64,000 bases of DNA from an uncultured Gammaproteobacteria bacterium (GCA_965230895.1 OZ246394.1:1313887-1377886), one strand, 5' to 3'; positions 51,188 through 61,760 are shown, counted from the first letter of the stretch. Notes: generated by a model from the sequence alone, not told the origin. Numbers and translations are program-made.

Positions 51188-51508
51188 TTACTTTCCAGCT
51201 TTTTTGAGGAGTTTTTTCACTTCAAGAAGTTCTCGTTCAATGATGAGAAGCTTGCTTGTAATAGTTGCATCATCAGTATTTTCTTGGGTAAAGTAGCTGA
51301 TCGGACGTTCTGTTGCTTCAGCAATTTTCTTTAATTTAGCAAATGGAGGAGTACTTCGGCCTTGCTCATAACTTGAAACAGACTTGTCTGAAACACCAAT
51401 ACTTTTGCCGAGAGCTGATTGGGAAAGACGTGCTTCTTGTCGAGCTGTCCTGATTCTTTGGGACAATTCATTGAGTGTTTCATTTTTTGCTGGGTCTGTT
51501 CTGTTCAT
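51188..51508 (-). CDS. XRE-family HTH transcriptional regulator
   Basis: RIRTARQEARLSQSALGKSIGVSDKSVSSYEQGRSTP. Confidence 0.9.
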   Translation of the reverse strand: MNRTDPAKNETLNELSQRIRTARQEARLSQSALGKSIGVSDKSVSSYEQGRSTPPFAKLKKIAEATERPISYFTQENTDDATITSKLLIIERELLEVKKLLKKAGK

Positions 51509-51529
51509 GGAGGTTATTATACACCAAAG

Positions 51530-52231
51530 ATGGTACTAAAAAGCAAGCTCAACATTAAAGATATGCCATTTTCCTCTCGTCCGAGGGAAAAGTTAGAAAC
51601 GAATGGGCGGTCGCATCTATCAGATGTAGAGTTGTTAGCGATCCTTTTAGGGAGTGGGTCAGCAAAACATACTGTTTTGCAGTTGAGCCAGAATCTTTTA
51701 GAAAAAATTCCATTAGAACATTTTGATTCAGTTACAAGAAAACAGCTGATGCAGTTTCTAGGAATTGGGATTTCAAAAGCATCTACTATCCTTGCAGCAA
51801 TAGAATTGGGCGAAAGGATATTTGCTCCAGCAGCGCTTACAAAAGTGCTTGTACGCTCAACTGAGGACGCGCTAGAGCAATTAAAAGAATATACCCAGAA
51901 GAGACAAGAATACCTTAACGTTTTATATTTAAATGCCCGACATGAACTACTTCAGAAGGAAGTTATTGGAATAGGCAGTCTAAATGCTATGGTCATTACC
52001 CCAAAAGAAATCTATAGTCCTGCACTCTCGATTCCATGTTCTTCAATTATCGTTTCCCACAATCATCCATCTGGTGATCCAGATCCATCAGATGATGACA
52101 TCACATTTACGCGACGGATTCATGAAGCGGGGGAAATATTAGGGATTACATTGCTTGATCATCTTGTCCTAGCTAAAACGAGTTACTTCTCATTTAAAGA
52201 GAATAAAAAACTTGCATACCTAAGAAAATGA
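51530..52231 (+). CDS. radC: RadC/JAB-domain protein
   Basis: RPREKL...G...LSD.ELLAILL, HhH, and HNHPSGDPDPSDDD...LLDHLV; start at ATG 51530. Confidence 0.93.
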   Translation: MVLKSKLNIKDMPFSSRPREKLETNGRSHLSDVELLAILLGSGSAKHTVLQLSQNLLEKIPLEHFDSVTRKQLMQFLGIGISKASTILAAIELGERIFAPAALTKVLVRSTEDALEQLKEYTQKRQEYLNVLYLNARHELLQKEVIGIGSLNAMVITPKEIYSPALSIPCSSIIVSHNHPSGDPDPSDDDITFTRRIHEAGEILGITLLDHLVLAKTSYFSFKENKKLAYLRK

Positions 52232-52245
52232 GTTATAATACTCAG

Positions 52246-53064
52246 ATGAATAGTGAAACAGGCCCAAAGCCTGGAAATGAAGCTCGAGATACAAGTAGCA
52301 CAGGTTCATTTCGTGGTGGAGAAGGCACGCCTCCTCCAATGCCTCGTGTACGATCTTTGCCCCCAGACACCCATAGAACTCTCCCAGTACGAGAAGCAGC
52401 TGCATTGCATGTTTTAGGACATCCTGATGCCGCAGTCCCCAAAGCACTTGCACGACAAATTGATGCTGCTGAAAGTGCTGAACTAGCAGCACGAGTACGA
52501 GAAAATGGTCCAGTTTCTCCACAAATGGATGCTGCTTTAACCGCTGTAGAAGAGGGGGTCGATAGTCAAATCTCTGGTCATAAGCCATTATCAAAAGGAC
52601 AAATACGAGCACGTCGGGCAGTTGTTGCGGCAGCTACTGTTGCAGCGGCTGGATATACTGGATATCAAACTGTTGATAACGCAATGCAGGTTCCAGAACG
52701 TGCCGTTGCACGAGCAACAAGTGAAATTCCTGCAGAAATCGGAACTGAAAAGATAACTATTTTTGGTAGAGACTTTGACGTTCCATCTATTAAGAAGACA
52801 CTTGAAGGCCGAGATCAAAGAGTTGCTCAAGCCCAAGAATCACTTGATGATGCAATTGATGGAACTGTAACAAATGGATTATGGACGATAGGTCTTATCT
52901 TGGGAGGGATCGGTACAGATAAGCTTGCTAAGCGGGGAGTTGCTCCAGTAAATGCTACACGGAGAAGATTAGGTTCAAGAAAAGAAAAAGGTGGTTGGGC
53001 TTCATTAGGAACGACCAAAGAACAAATGAAGCAGCACTTCAATTACCAACGAAGAAGACAATAA
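52246..53064 (+). CDS. Hypothetical membrane protein
   Basis: Long ORF with two hydrophobic segments; TATAAT 6 nt before ATG 52246. Confidence 0.65.
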   Translation: MNSETGPKPGNEARDTSSTGSFRGGEGTPPPMPRVRSLPPDTHRTLPVREAAALHVLGHPDAAVPKALARQIDAAESAELAARVRENGPVSPQMDAALTAVEEGVDSQISGHKPLSKGQIRARRAVVAAATVAAAGYTGYQTVDNAMQVPERAVARATSEIPAEIGTEKITIFGRDFDVPSIKKTLEGRDQRVAQAQESLDDAIDGTVTNGLWTIGLILGGIGTDKLAKRGVAPVNATRRRLGSRKEKGGWASLGTTKEQMKQHFNYQRRRQ

Positions 53065-53187
53065 ACTTCCTGAATCATCTCATTCTTTTCGGAATCCCTG
53101 TAAGCGATTTTCTAGAAACAATATTCAAACCGTTGTAGAAGGGGTTTCTATAGGGGATGGAGCAGAAATATATTTGTTTTGACTTTG

Positions 53188-53256
53188 TTGCGGAGCTAGG
53201 AGTTGAACCTAGCCTGTGAGATTATGAGCCTCACGTGCACCGTACACTACCCCGCG
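53188..53256 (-). tRNA. Initiator tRNA-fMet (CAU), atypical
   Basis: CGCGGGG start with C1:A72 mismatch, anticodon loop CTCATAA, T arm CTAGGTTCAACTCCTAG; 69 nt. Confidence 0.85.
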
Positions 53257-53316
53257 TATAGGCTACTAGTATACCATTTGCGTTAGCCTTGGTCAAATTG
53301 GTATAATCATCGGTAC

Positions 53317-53390
53317 GCCAGGGTAGCTCAGTTGGTTAGAGCATAGGATTCATAAACCTAAGGTCGTGGGTTCAACTCCCACCCCTGGTA
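53317..53390 (+). tRNA. tRNA with CAU anticodon, probably elongator tRNA-Met
   Basis: GCCAGGG/CCCTGGT acceptor, TAGCTCAGTTGGTTAGAGC D arm, loop TTCATAA, GGTTCAACTCC T loop; TGGTATAAT just upstream. Confidence 0.88.
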
Positions 53391-53412
53391 CTTAAGATTA
53401 GCAAACCTCATT

Positions 53413-54798
53413 ATGGCAAAATTTCCACAAGATACAGATTGGCAAAATAAAAAGATAGCAGTTCTTGGCTTAGGCGTAGAAGGGCTTTCAACACTGCAAT
53501 ATCTTCAAAGAAAGAGTACAAACCTTTGGGTCTTAGATAAGAGACAAATGGATGATATTGATACATCTTTGTTAACGGCTGCAGAAGAGACCGGTGCACA
53601 GTTTGTTTTAGGGAAGGACTATCTTGAGAATCTTTCTGATTATGACATCATCATCCGAAGTCCTGGAATTAAAAGAACTACTCCTGCAATCCTCGAGGCG
53701 GAGAAGAAAGGGACAATTATCACATCTCAAACAAAGCTCTTCTTCGACCTCTGTCCAGCACAAATTATTGGTGTAACTGGCACAAAGGGTAAAGGCACAA
53801 CTTCAAGTTTGATTTACGAGATGCTCAAAGCTTCAGGGGAAGATGTTTACCTGGGGGGTAATATCGGTGTTCCGCCTTTGACTTTTATTGACAGACTACA
53901 GTCCTCATCATGGGTAGTTTTAGAGCTTTCAAGTTTTCAATTACAGGATCTTCATAAGAGTCCGCATATTGCGGTTATGCTCATGGTGACGAGTGAGCAC
54001 CTGGACCATCATGCAACTGTAGAGGAATATGTTGAAGCAAAAAGAAATATCCTTTCTCATCAAACAAAAGATGACTTTGCTATCGTAAATCGCGATTATC
54101 CAGCTTCAAATGAATCAGACGTATATTCTGATGGAAAAGTATTTTATGTTTCGAGAGAACGGGAAACCGATAATGCTTGTTTTGCCTTTGGTGATAGAGT
54201 TGTCATTCGCAAAAATGGTAACGATACAGAGATCATCAAAAAGAAAGAGATTTTACTTCCAGGCAAACACAACCTCGAAAACGTATGCGCTGCAATTATG
54301 GCTGCAAGTCTTGCGGGTGTAGGAACAAAGCACATGGTTGATGTGCTCAAGTCATTTAAAGGTTTAGAGCATCGGTTGGAATTGGTTCGTGAGATAGATG
54401 ATGTGAAATACTATGACGATTCATTCTCAACAACTCCAGAAACAGCCATTGCAGCAATTGAAGCGTTTGAGCAGCCAAAAATCCTTATTCTTGGTGGATC
54501 GAGTAAAGGAAGCGACTTTACCGAACTTGGGAAGGTAATTCGTGAGACTGAAAGTATAAAAGCTATTATTGGGGTTGGAGAAGAGTGGTTTGCTATCAAA
54601 GAGCAAATTGGTGATAAAATTGCGGAGATGGATATTGTAGAAAATGCAGATACAATGTCGGCAGTTGTACATGCAGCAAAAGAGCGAGCAAAGAAAGGGG
54701 ATATTGTGCTCCTCAGCCCTGCATGTGCAAGCTTTGGGATGTTTAAAAACTATAAGGATCGAGGAGAGCAATTTAAGCAAGAAGTGGCTAAACTTTAG
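53413..54798 (+). CDS. murD: UDP-N-acetylmuramoyl-L-alanine--D-glutamate ligase
   Basis: RSPGI, GVTGTKGKGTT, GGNIG, LELSSFQL, HRLE and LLSPACASF. Confidence 0.96.
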   Translation: MAKFPQDTDWQNKKIAVLGLGVEGLSTLQYLQRKSTNLWVLDKRQMDDIDTSLLTAAEETGAQFVLGKDYLENLSDYDIIIRSPGIKRTTPAILEAEKKGTIITSQTKLFFDLCPAQIIGVTGTKGKGTTSSLIYEMLKASGEDVYLGGNIGVPPLTFIDRLQSSSWVVLELSSFQLQDLHKSPHIAVMLMVTSEHLDHHATVEEYVEAKRNILSHQTKDDFAIVNRDYPASNESDVYSDGKVFYVSRERETDNACFAFGDRVVIRKNGNDTEIIKKKEILLPGKHNLENVCAAIMAASLAGVGTKHMVDVLKSFKGLEHRLELVREIDDVKYYDDSFSTTPETAIAAIEAFEQPKILILGGSSKGSDFTELGKVIRETESIKAIIGVGEEWFAIKEQIGDKIAEMDIVENADTMSAVVHAAKERAKKGDIVLLSPACASFGMFKNYKDRGEQFKQEVAKL

Positions 54799-54886
54799 GT
54801 TTTGTAAGAGCTCTGCAAAAGTTCTTAAATGGTAAGATTTACTACTAGCATGGGCACAATGTTTATGTTATACTGACACGTAATTT

Positions 54887-56767
54887 ATGGCTGGAAATGG
54901 TAAGAAGCAGGCAGGAGACGGACGAAAAAAGGTAGTCAAATTTAAGACGAAGTTTTCCTGGAAAAATTTATTATTGTATTTCTTTCTTATCGTGTTTGCC
55001 TTGTTCTTCTTTTCTGCATTCACAAGTCCTCCTGAAGACCGCAAAAATGTAACGCTCTCTGAAATAATTGCTTCAGTCGAAAAAGGTGAAGTCAAAGAAA
55101 TTGTTGTGAATAATAATAATCTCGTTGCTACCAAGGAAAACGGGGAGAAGATTCAAGCGTCTAAAGAGCCAAATGCTAATGTCTACACATTATTCAAAGA
55201 TGCAGGTACAACACTTGATCCAACTAAGGTAAAAGTAGATGTCAAAGATCAATCTGGGGCAGCAAATTGGATTAACATTACTTCAGCACTACTTCCAGTG
55301 CTTCTTATGATTGCATTCTTTTATTTTATATTCCGCCAAGCTCGTGGAACGCAGGAAAGCATTTTCTCATTCGGTCAATCTCGAGCAAAACTCTTTAATC
55401 GCGATAATCCAAAGGTAACCTTCGCAAATGTTGCAGGTGTTGATGAAGCAAAGCAGGAACTTTCAGAAATCGTTGATTTCTTAAAGAATCCAGTGAAATA
55501 TCGAGTTATGGGTGCTCGAACACCAAAAGGTGTCTTAATGGTTGGACCCGCAGGAACTGGTAAGACATTATTAGCTCGAGCTACAGCAGGCGAAGCAAAT
55601 GTGTCATTCTTCTCAATGGCTGGTTCTGAATTTATGGAAATGCTTGTCGGTGTCGGTGCATCTCGTGTTCGAGATCTATTCAACACAGCAAAGAAAGCAC
55701 AACCAGCAATCATCTTTATTGATGAAATCGATGCAATCGGACGTCAGCGTGGCATGGGAATCATGGGTGGTCATGATGAAAGAGAGCAAACCTTAAATCA
55801 GATCTTGGTTGAAATGGATGGATTTACACCAAATGAAAATGTTGTTGTTATCGCAGCTACAAACAGACCAGATGTTTTGGATCCAGCGCTTGTTCGCCCA
55901 GGACGTTTTGATCGAAGAGTCATGCTTGATCTTCCAGATGTTGAAGGCCGAAAGAAGATCTTGGCGATCCATGCAAAAGGCAAACCAATGGATCCGAAGG
56001 TGAATTGGGAAAAGGTCGCGAAGAGAACAGTTGGATTCTCAGGAGCTGATCTTGAAAACATGCTTAATGAAGCGGCAATCGGAGCAGCACGACTTAATAA
56101 GAAGGCAATTGATATGTCTGATCTGGAAGAATCTGCAACTCGTGTCAAACTCGGTCCTGAAAAGAAGCGACTTCAATCAGAACAAGATCGTCGGATGACT
56201 GCGTACCATGAAGCTGGCCACGCACTTGTTGGATGGGAAATGCCACACATCGATCCGATCCACAGAATCTCTATTGTTTCTCGTGGTATGTCTCTTGGTC
56301 ATACGATGACAGAACCAATTGATAAGGTCCATGAAACAAAGAAGGGATTATTCGAGCAAATCGCCATGATGATGGGGGGACAAGCTGCAGAACGATTAAT
56401 CTTTGATGATGTTACAACGGGTGCATCAAATGACATTGAAAAAGCTTCTCATGTTGCTCGAGCAATGGTTACAAAGTTCGGAATGGGGGACATTGGTCCT
56501 GTGAACTTTGATACAGAACAAACACAATATCAGCCAAGTGATGTCAGTCCAGAAATGGCTGCAAAGATTGATGCTGAAATCACTCGAATCTCAGAGGAAG
56601 CATATAGGCAAGCGACAGATATTTTGACACGAAATCGAGACAAGCTTGACCTTATCGCTGAAGAACTTTTGAAGAAAGAAACAATTGATTCAGAAGATTT
56701 TGTGAAGTTAATTGGTCCAAAGAAAGAGTTGGCATCAGCACCGAAAGCTAAATCTTCAAAGAAATAA
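54887..56767 (+). CDS. ftsH: ATP-dependent zinc metalloprotease FtsH
   Basis: Two TMs, [27 protein letters not shown] and GASND. Confidence 0.97.
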   Translation: MAGNGKKQAGDGRKKVVKFKTKFSWKNLLLYFFLIVFALFFFSAFTSPPEDRKNVTLSEIIASVEKGEVKEIVVNNNNLVATKENGEKIQASKEPNANVYTLFKDAGTTLDPTKVKVDVKDQSGAANWINITSALLPVLLMIAFFYFIFRQARGTQESIFSFGQSRAKLFNRDNPKVTFANVAGVDEAKQELSEIVDFLKNPVKYRVMGARTPKGVLMVGPAGTGKTLLARATAGEANVSFFSMAGSEFMEMLVGVGASRVRDLFNTAKKAQPAIIFIDEIDAIGRQRGMGIMGGHDEREQTLNQILVEMDGFTPNENVVVIAATNRPDVLDPALVRPGRFDRRVMLDLPDVEGRKKILAIHAKGKPMDPKVNWEKVAKRTVGFSGADLENMLNEAAIGAARLNKKAIDMSDLEESATRVKLGPEKKRLQSEQDRRMTAYHEAGHALVGWEMPHIDPIHRISIVSRGMSLGHTMTEPIDKVHETKKGLFEQIAMMMGGQAAERLIFDDVTTGASNDIEKASHVARAMVTKFGMGDIGPVNFDTEQTQYQPSDVSPEMAAKIDAEITRISEEAYRQATDILTRNRDKLDLIAEELLKKETIDSEDFVKLIGPKKELASAPKAKSSKK

Positions 56768-56768
56768 T

Positions 56769-57086
56769 TTAGTCTTCAGAGAAAGGCTCTTCGCCAGTAT
56801 TCCTTTGCTTTCGTTCCCAAATCCTTAATTTCTGTTCAGGACTTAATCCCGCTTCTGTAGCCATAGCATCAAGCCATGCTTGACCTTCCAGTAATACTCT
56901 TCGTCTTACCTCTGCTTCAGTATAATTCGTAGCAGCCCGCAATGTAGCGGGTGAAGGATACGTTTCCTCGAATACTATCTTTGTAAACTCTGTACCTAGA
57001 GTTGCTGTATCAATTTGTTCTTGAAGTTTCTTACGCCTCTCAACAAATTTTCTTTGCGCATCATTTCTTGGTTCTCGTTCCGTCAT
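56769..57086 (-). CDS. Hypothetical protein
   Basis: MTEREPRN... with TGCTATAAT 6 nt upstream of ATG 57086. The longer ORF-track start overlaps the next gene. Confidence 0.6.
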   Translation of the reverse strand: MTEREPRNDAQRKFVERRKKLQEQIDTATLGTEFTKIVFEETYPSPATLRAATNYTEAEVRRRVLLEGQAWLDAMATEAGLSPEQKLRIWERKQRNTGEEPFSED

Positions 57087-57125
57087 TTGCGCATTATAGC
57101 ATGGTAGTGTGTTAGAATATTCCTT

Positions 57126-58028
57126 ATGAAAAAGCTTCTTTTGATTGATGGAAATGCAATTCTGCATCGTGCATATCACGCATATCCGCCTCTGACCAAT
57201 CCGCAAGGGGAAATCATCAATGCAGTATTTGGCTATTTCTCAATGTTGCTTACAGTTCTTGCAGACCAGAAACCTGATTATCTTGTGGTTTGTTTTGATC
57301 GTTCAAAGCCAACTGTCCGTACAGAACTGTTTGCAGGCTATCATGCACATCGTCCACAGATAGATGAAGTCTTTCGTAATCAGATTAAGATTGTTGATGA
57401 AATCCTTGAAAAGATGAATGTCTCAGTTTTTACACTTGAAGGATATGAAGCAGATGATTTGATCGGCACGATTTCTAGGAGAGCGGTTGAAGAATATAAC
57501 GAAGAAGTCGTCATCGTCACAGGGGATCGCGACTTACTCCAATTAGTTACACCAAAGATCAAAGTCCTTATGCCATTGGTTGGACTTACCAAAACAGTGC
57601 TGATGGGGGAAGAAGAAGTTGAAGCAAAATATGGAGTACATCCAAGACAATTCATCGATTACAAAGCACTAATTGGTGATGCGTCAGATGGGTATCCTGG
57701 TGTGACTGGTATTGGTCCAAAGGGTGCTGCAAAACTGTTACAGGATTACAAAACATTTGAAAATCTCTATGAACATGTTGGTGAATTGCCTGTGAAGACT
57801 GGTTTGAAGCTCGCAACTGATGCAGAGCAAGCAGCTTTGGCAAAGAAACTTGCAACGATTATCCAGGATGCTCCTATCCAATTTGATCTACTCAAATGTG
57901 ATACAAAACATTTCAATATCAAAGCGCTTCGTCAATGTTTCCGTGAGCAGGGCTTCAATAGTTTGCTGACAAGATTGGATACAATGTTTGGTAAAGAAGA
58001 GACAGACGAACAATTAGAACTCATATGA
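57126..58028 (+). CDS. Stand-alone 5'-3' exonuclease/flap endonuclease (PolA N-terminal domain)
   Basis: LLLIDG...RAYHA, EADDLIGT, VTGDRDLLQL, LIGDASD.YPGV.GIGPKGA; ends at 300 aa with no polymerase domain. Confidence 0.92.
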   Translation: MKKLLLIDGNAILHRAYHAYPPLTNPQGEIINAVFGYFSMLLTVLADQKPDYLVVCFDRSKPTVRTELFAGYHAHRPQIDEVFRNQIKIVDEILEKMNVSVFTLEGYEADDLIGTISRRAVEEYNEEVVIVTGDRDLLQLVTPKIKVLMPLVGLTKTVLMGEEEVEAKYGVHPRQFIDYKALIGDASDGYPGVTGIGPKGAAKLLQDYKTFENLYEHVGELPVKTGLKLATDAEQAALAKKLATIIQDAPIQFDLLKCDTKHFNIKALRQCFREQGFNSLLTRLDTMFGKEETDEQLELI

Positions 58029-58675
58029 ATATCCCATCACACATAAAAGCAGTTATCTTTGATATGGATGGACTGCTTATTGATTCTGAGCCGTATTGGC
58101 AAAAAGCTGATGCCAAAGTCTTTGCTCGACATGGCAAGAGACATTCTCCAGAGATAAACAAACAAATTATGGGGATGGGGCATAAGCAGATTGCAGAACA
58201 TTTTAAAAGGAAGTATGGATTTGAGAAAGAGAGAGATGCGCTGGTCAAAGAGCGCAAAGATACCTTTTACGAAACGATAATGGGCGATTTGCAACTGATG
58301 GAAGGAGCTAAAGAATTGATTCAAGCTTTGTACGACCAAAATTATGCCATGGCAATTGCAACAAGTGGCCACAGCACAGAGAAGACTGCTGAGATCTTGG
58401 AGAAACTCGACTTGGATGTGTATATCCCGATTTTAGTTTCTGGTGACGATGTCAAACGGAGTAAACCTGACCCTGAAATTTATCTTAAAGCCGCACAAGA
58501 ATTACATGTTGATCCGAAAGATTGTCTTGTCGTTGAAGATGCTCCAAATGGGGCAAAAGCGGGGAAAGCTGCGGGAATGATGGTGTATGGAATTAATAAA
58601 GATAAAGAACTTGCAAAAAATCTTGAGAAAGAAAAAGCGGATAAAGTATTTGAGAGTTTAAAAGAAATTCTTTAG
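58025..58675 (+). CDS. HAD-superfamily phosphatase (beta-PGM-like)
   Basis: IFDMDGLLIDSE, KPDPEIY and EDAPNG. Confidence 0.92.
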   Translation: MNIPSHIKAVIFDMDGLLIDSEPYWQKADAKVFARHGKRHSPEINKQIMGMGHKQIAEHFKRKYGFEKERDALVKERKDTFYETIMGDLQLMEGAKELIQALYDQNYAMAIATSGHSTEKTAEILEKLDLDVYIPILVSGDDVKRSKPDPEIYLKAAQELHVDPKDCLVVEDAPNGAKAGKAAGMMVYGINKDKELAKNLEKEKADKVFESLKEIL

Positions 58676-58905
58676 TAAGCTCTGTAATATCGTCCTCGGA
58701 AGTAGTCTGGCACCATAAGATCTCTTGTAATTCTTTCTCCACCAGATTTTAAGGCATTTCGTTGCCGATCTTCTATTGCACTAAATTGTTCATCCAAAGC
58801 TCTTCCTGAATACCATGTACCTATTTGCTGTCCGTGCTTATTAAATTCAGGGCGAGTATCTGATCTTTCTTGTGATGGGCGTACTGATTCTGGTCGTGCT
58901 GGCAT
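58672..58905 (-). CDS. Hypothetical small protein
   Basis: Fills the intergenic gap; TATAAT 6 nt before the ATG. Confidence 0.5.
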   Translation of the reverse strand: MPARPESVRPSQERSDTRPEFNKHGQQIGTWYSGRALDEQFSAIEDRQRNALKSGGERITRDLMVPDYFRGRYYRAY

Positions 58906-58983
58906 GAGGTGATTATAACTTATTATTTTAGCCTGTCAATCATGTATAATCACAGAAGAGTCCTTCGATGGACTTAGGATAAA

Positions 58984-60084
58984 ATGCGAGTTGCTTTGGT
59001 ACATGATTACATTAAAGAGTATGGTGGAGCGGAACGAGTTCTGGAAGCTCTGACTGAAGCATATCCTAATGCTCCAATTTATACTGCATTTTATAAAAAA
59101 GATTCTGCAGCTTACGAACGCTTCAAACACAAAAAGATTCGTACTTCATGGGTTCATTACATCCCAGGGTTTTCAACCAAACTTCACAGTCCACTTCGAT
59201 TTCTTGCTCCAATGATTTGGGGTGGTTTTGATTTCAGTAAATATGATGTCGTGATCGGATCTGCAAGCTGGTATGTGACTAAAGGGTTTCCCAACAAGGG
59301 TAATGCAGTTGAAGTATGCTATTGTCATACGCCGCCGCGATGGTTGTATGGATATAAAACTTCAGTTGAATGGCAGCGTTTCTGGCCGATCAAAATCTAT
59401 GGCATGATCATTGGACATTTTATGCGCCAATATGATTTCAATGCTGCACAAAAAGTTGATTATTTTGTCTCTAATTCCAAAGAGGTGCAGGGGAGAATTG
59501 AGAAGTTTTATCGTCGTGAATCAATTGTCATTTATCCACCTGTGAGTTTGCCAAAGATCCCAAAGGTTGCAAAAGGAGATTACTACTTTATTGTCTCTCG
59601 TATTGTCGGAGCAAAGGGTATTGATATGGCAATTGAAGCTGCTCGTCGTCATGGCTTTAAGCTTAAAATCGCTGGAGCATCAGCCGGCTATTACACAGGA
59701 CTTGCTGATATGAAAGAAAGCGCTCCTGAGAACGTTGAATTCCTCGGGAGAGTTTCTGATGAAGAATTGGTAAAGCTGTATGCTGGAGCAAAAGCATTTA
59801 TCGCAACTGCAACAGATGAGGATTTCGGGATTACTCCCGTTGAAGCAATGTTATGCGGAACTCCGGTTATTGCATATTATGGAGGTGGATTTAAAGAGAC
59901 TGTCATTGAAGGCAAAACCGGTGTCTTCTTCCATGAATCCAATGCCAATTCTCTTGTCCAAGCTGTACGAAAGTTTGAGAAAATGAAGCTTAACCCAAAG
60001 GATTGCCAAAAGCATGCTGAGAAGTTTTCAAAGAAACGATTTATTAAAGAGATAACTGCATTTGTTCAAAAAGTCTCTAAATAG
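58984..60084 (+). CDS. GT4-family glycosyltransferase
   Basis: VALVHD....GGAERV, YCHTPPR and EDFGITPVEAM..GTPVIA. Confidence 0.92.
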   Translation: MRVALVHDYIKEYGGAERVLEALTEAYPNAPIYTAFYKKDSAAYERFKHKKIRTSWVHYIPGFSTKLHSPLRFLAPMIWGGFDFSKYDVVIGSASWYVTKGFPNKGNAVEVCYCHTPPRWLYGYKTSVEWQRFWPIKIYGMIIGHFMRQYDFNAAQKVDYFVSNSKEVQGRIEKFYRRESIVIYPPVSLPKIPKVAKGDYYFIVSRIVGAKGIDMAIEAARRHGFKLKIAGASAGYYTGLADMKESAPENVEFLGRVSDEELVKLYAGAKAFIATATDEDFGITPVEAMLCGTPVIAYYGGGFKETVIEGKTGVFFHESNANSLVQAVRKFEKMKLNPKDCQKHAEKFSKKRFIKEITAFVQKVSK

Positions 60085-60104
60085 TTCTGTGCTACAATCG
60101 GTTC

Positions 60105-60956
60105 ATGCCAGAGCTCCCAGAAGTTGAAACCATCAAACGAACGCTTCAGCATCATATCGTTGGACATATGATTCAATCAGTTGATATACATCTGCCAAAA
60201 CAATTGCATGGTAATCCGGAGAATGTCATCGGTGCAAAGATCGTTGAGGTAAAACGGTTTGGAAAAGGGTTGGTTATAGATCTGGATAATAGCTATAGCA
60301 TCACGATCCATGTAAAGATGACTGGGCAAATGCTCTATAAGAATCAGCAAACCACAAAACAAGTTATAGCAGGCAATGCCAAAGTCGATTTGCATTCATT
60401 GCCGGATAAATATACGCATGTTGTTTTCCACCTCGATAAAGACGCAGATTTATTTTATCGTGATGTACGCCAGTTTGGTTGGATAAAGATCGTTCAAAGC
60501 GATTCTGTGGCGTTTCAGCAGTATTTCAAAAGTCTTGGACCTGAACCATTGCGTGATCTTACATTACCAATGTTTCGAGCTATTTTATCCAAAAGAAAAA
60601 CTCCGGTCAAAATGCTTCTTATGGATCAGGGCTTAATCGCTGGAATAGGAAATATCTATGCCAACGATGCACTTTTCATTTCAAAAATTCATCCACAGCG
60701 TCCAGCAAATACTCTTAGCAAAACTGAACAGGAAAAGTTATTTGATGCAGTTGAAGTTGTCCTGCGGAAAGGGATTGAAGTTGGGGGAGCGAGTGAATGG
60801 TCTTATGTAGATGCGCTTGGGAAAGCTGGTAAGTATCAGGATTTTTTCCAAGTCTACAGAAAACATGGTCAACCTTGTCCTAACTGTGAAACAACGATTG
60901 AGACGATACGAATGGGAGGCAGAGGAACGTTTTTCTGCCCTAAGTGTCAGAGATAG
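60105..60956 (+). CDS. mutM: Formamidopyrimidine-DNA glycosylase
   Basis: MPELPEVE, GIGNIYA and C-terminal zinc finger CPNC...RGTFFCPKCQ. Confidence 0.96.
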   Translation: MPELPEVETIKRTLQHHIVGHMIQSVDIHLPKQLHGNPENVIGAKIVEVKRFGKGLVIDLDNSYSITIHVKMTGQMLYKNQQTTKQVIAGNAKVDLHSLPDKYTHVVFHLDKDADLFYRDVRQFGWIKIVQSDSVAFQQYFKSLGPEPLRDLTLPMFRAILSKRKTPVKMLLMDQGLIAGIGNIYANDALFISKIHPQRPANTLSKTEQEKLFDAVEVVLRKGIEVGGASEWSYVDALGKAGKYQDFFQVYRKHGQPCPNCETTIETIRMGGRGTFFCPKCQR

Positions 60957-61730
60957 TTATATTGTTGGCTCAGGAAGTATCTGCCAAATGAAGTCGAAAA
61001 GCTTTTTGGAATTCATATAATAATCTTTATTGTATAAAACAACCCCAGTTACTTTATCGCCAGCATTAATGATAGCCACTTTATTGTCATAAATAACAAT
61101 CCCCGGAGAATTTAATCCTACAGAAGTTGGCATGAATTTGTAAAAGTATCTATTGCTTTTTGCTGTGTAGTTAAACTTTTTAATGGCACTTGGTGAATCT
61201 CCGTAAACCTCGTAGATTCTTAATTCAGGATTCCGTTTCAATGCATTGTCAAAAAGATCAGGATCATTAGGGAAAAGAGGAGCAATCTCTGAGAGTGTGC
61301 AGAATATTTTAATTTCTTTTGACTTGAACATATCTTCATAGATAGCTCTCATCCCATTGATACCATTATAATGTTTCACATCCACCTTCATTGCGTTGTC
61401 AGGTTTTGTCGAGGAGGTTTCTAGAGCGTTTACGAAAGTAGGGAATTGCGCTTGAAGAGATTTAACGGCTTCCACTTTTCTGTCAATTAAATAATGTAGC
61501 CTATCAGGCTCAATTGCTACAAGTTGCTTTTTTGAACCGCGCATTATTGAAAGAATGGCTCCATTTTCGAGGAGTGAAGTAATATGTGTATACGTTGCTG
61601 TACGGTTGATCTTCACTGCATCGGCAAGTTCCTTGACGCTCATTGGTCCAAGCGAGAGTAAAGTCAGATATAGTTTTGCTTCAAGTTTGGAGAAACCTAA
61701 TTGCTCTAAATAAGTAATTGTGCTTTTCAT
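60957..61730 (-). CDS. TrmB-family transcriptional regulator
   Basis: LGFSKLEAKLYLTLL..GP....LA....INRT..Y winged HTH; C-terminal IYDNKVAII. Confidence 0.85.
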   Translation of the reverse strand: MKSTITYLEQLGFSKLEAKLYLTLLSLGPMSVKELADAVKINRTATYTHITSLLENGAILSIMRGSKKQLVAIEPDRLHYLIDRKVEAVKSLQAQFPTFVNALETSSTKPDNAMKVDVKHYNGINGMRAIYEDMFKSKEIKIFCTLSEIAPLFPNDPDLFDNALKRNPELRIYEVYGDSPSAIKKFNYTAKSNRYFYKFMPTSVGLNSPGIVIYDNKVAIINAGDKVTGVVLYNKDYYMNSKKLFDFIWQILPEPTI

Positions 61731-61760
61731 GGGTGATGCGAGTATATCATAAAATTTAAT

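Noticed and set aside
51530-58028. Alternative genetic code (UGA=Gly)
   Set aside because: radC and the 5'-3' exonuclease end in TGA at expected lengths, and conserved genes are uninterrupted in code 11.
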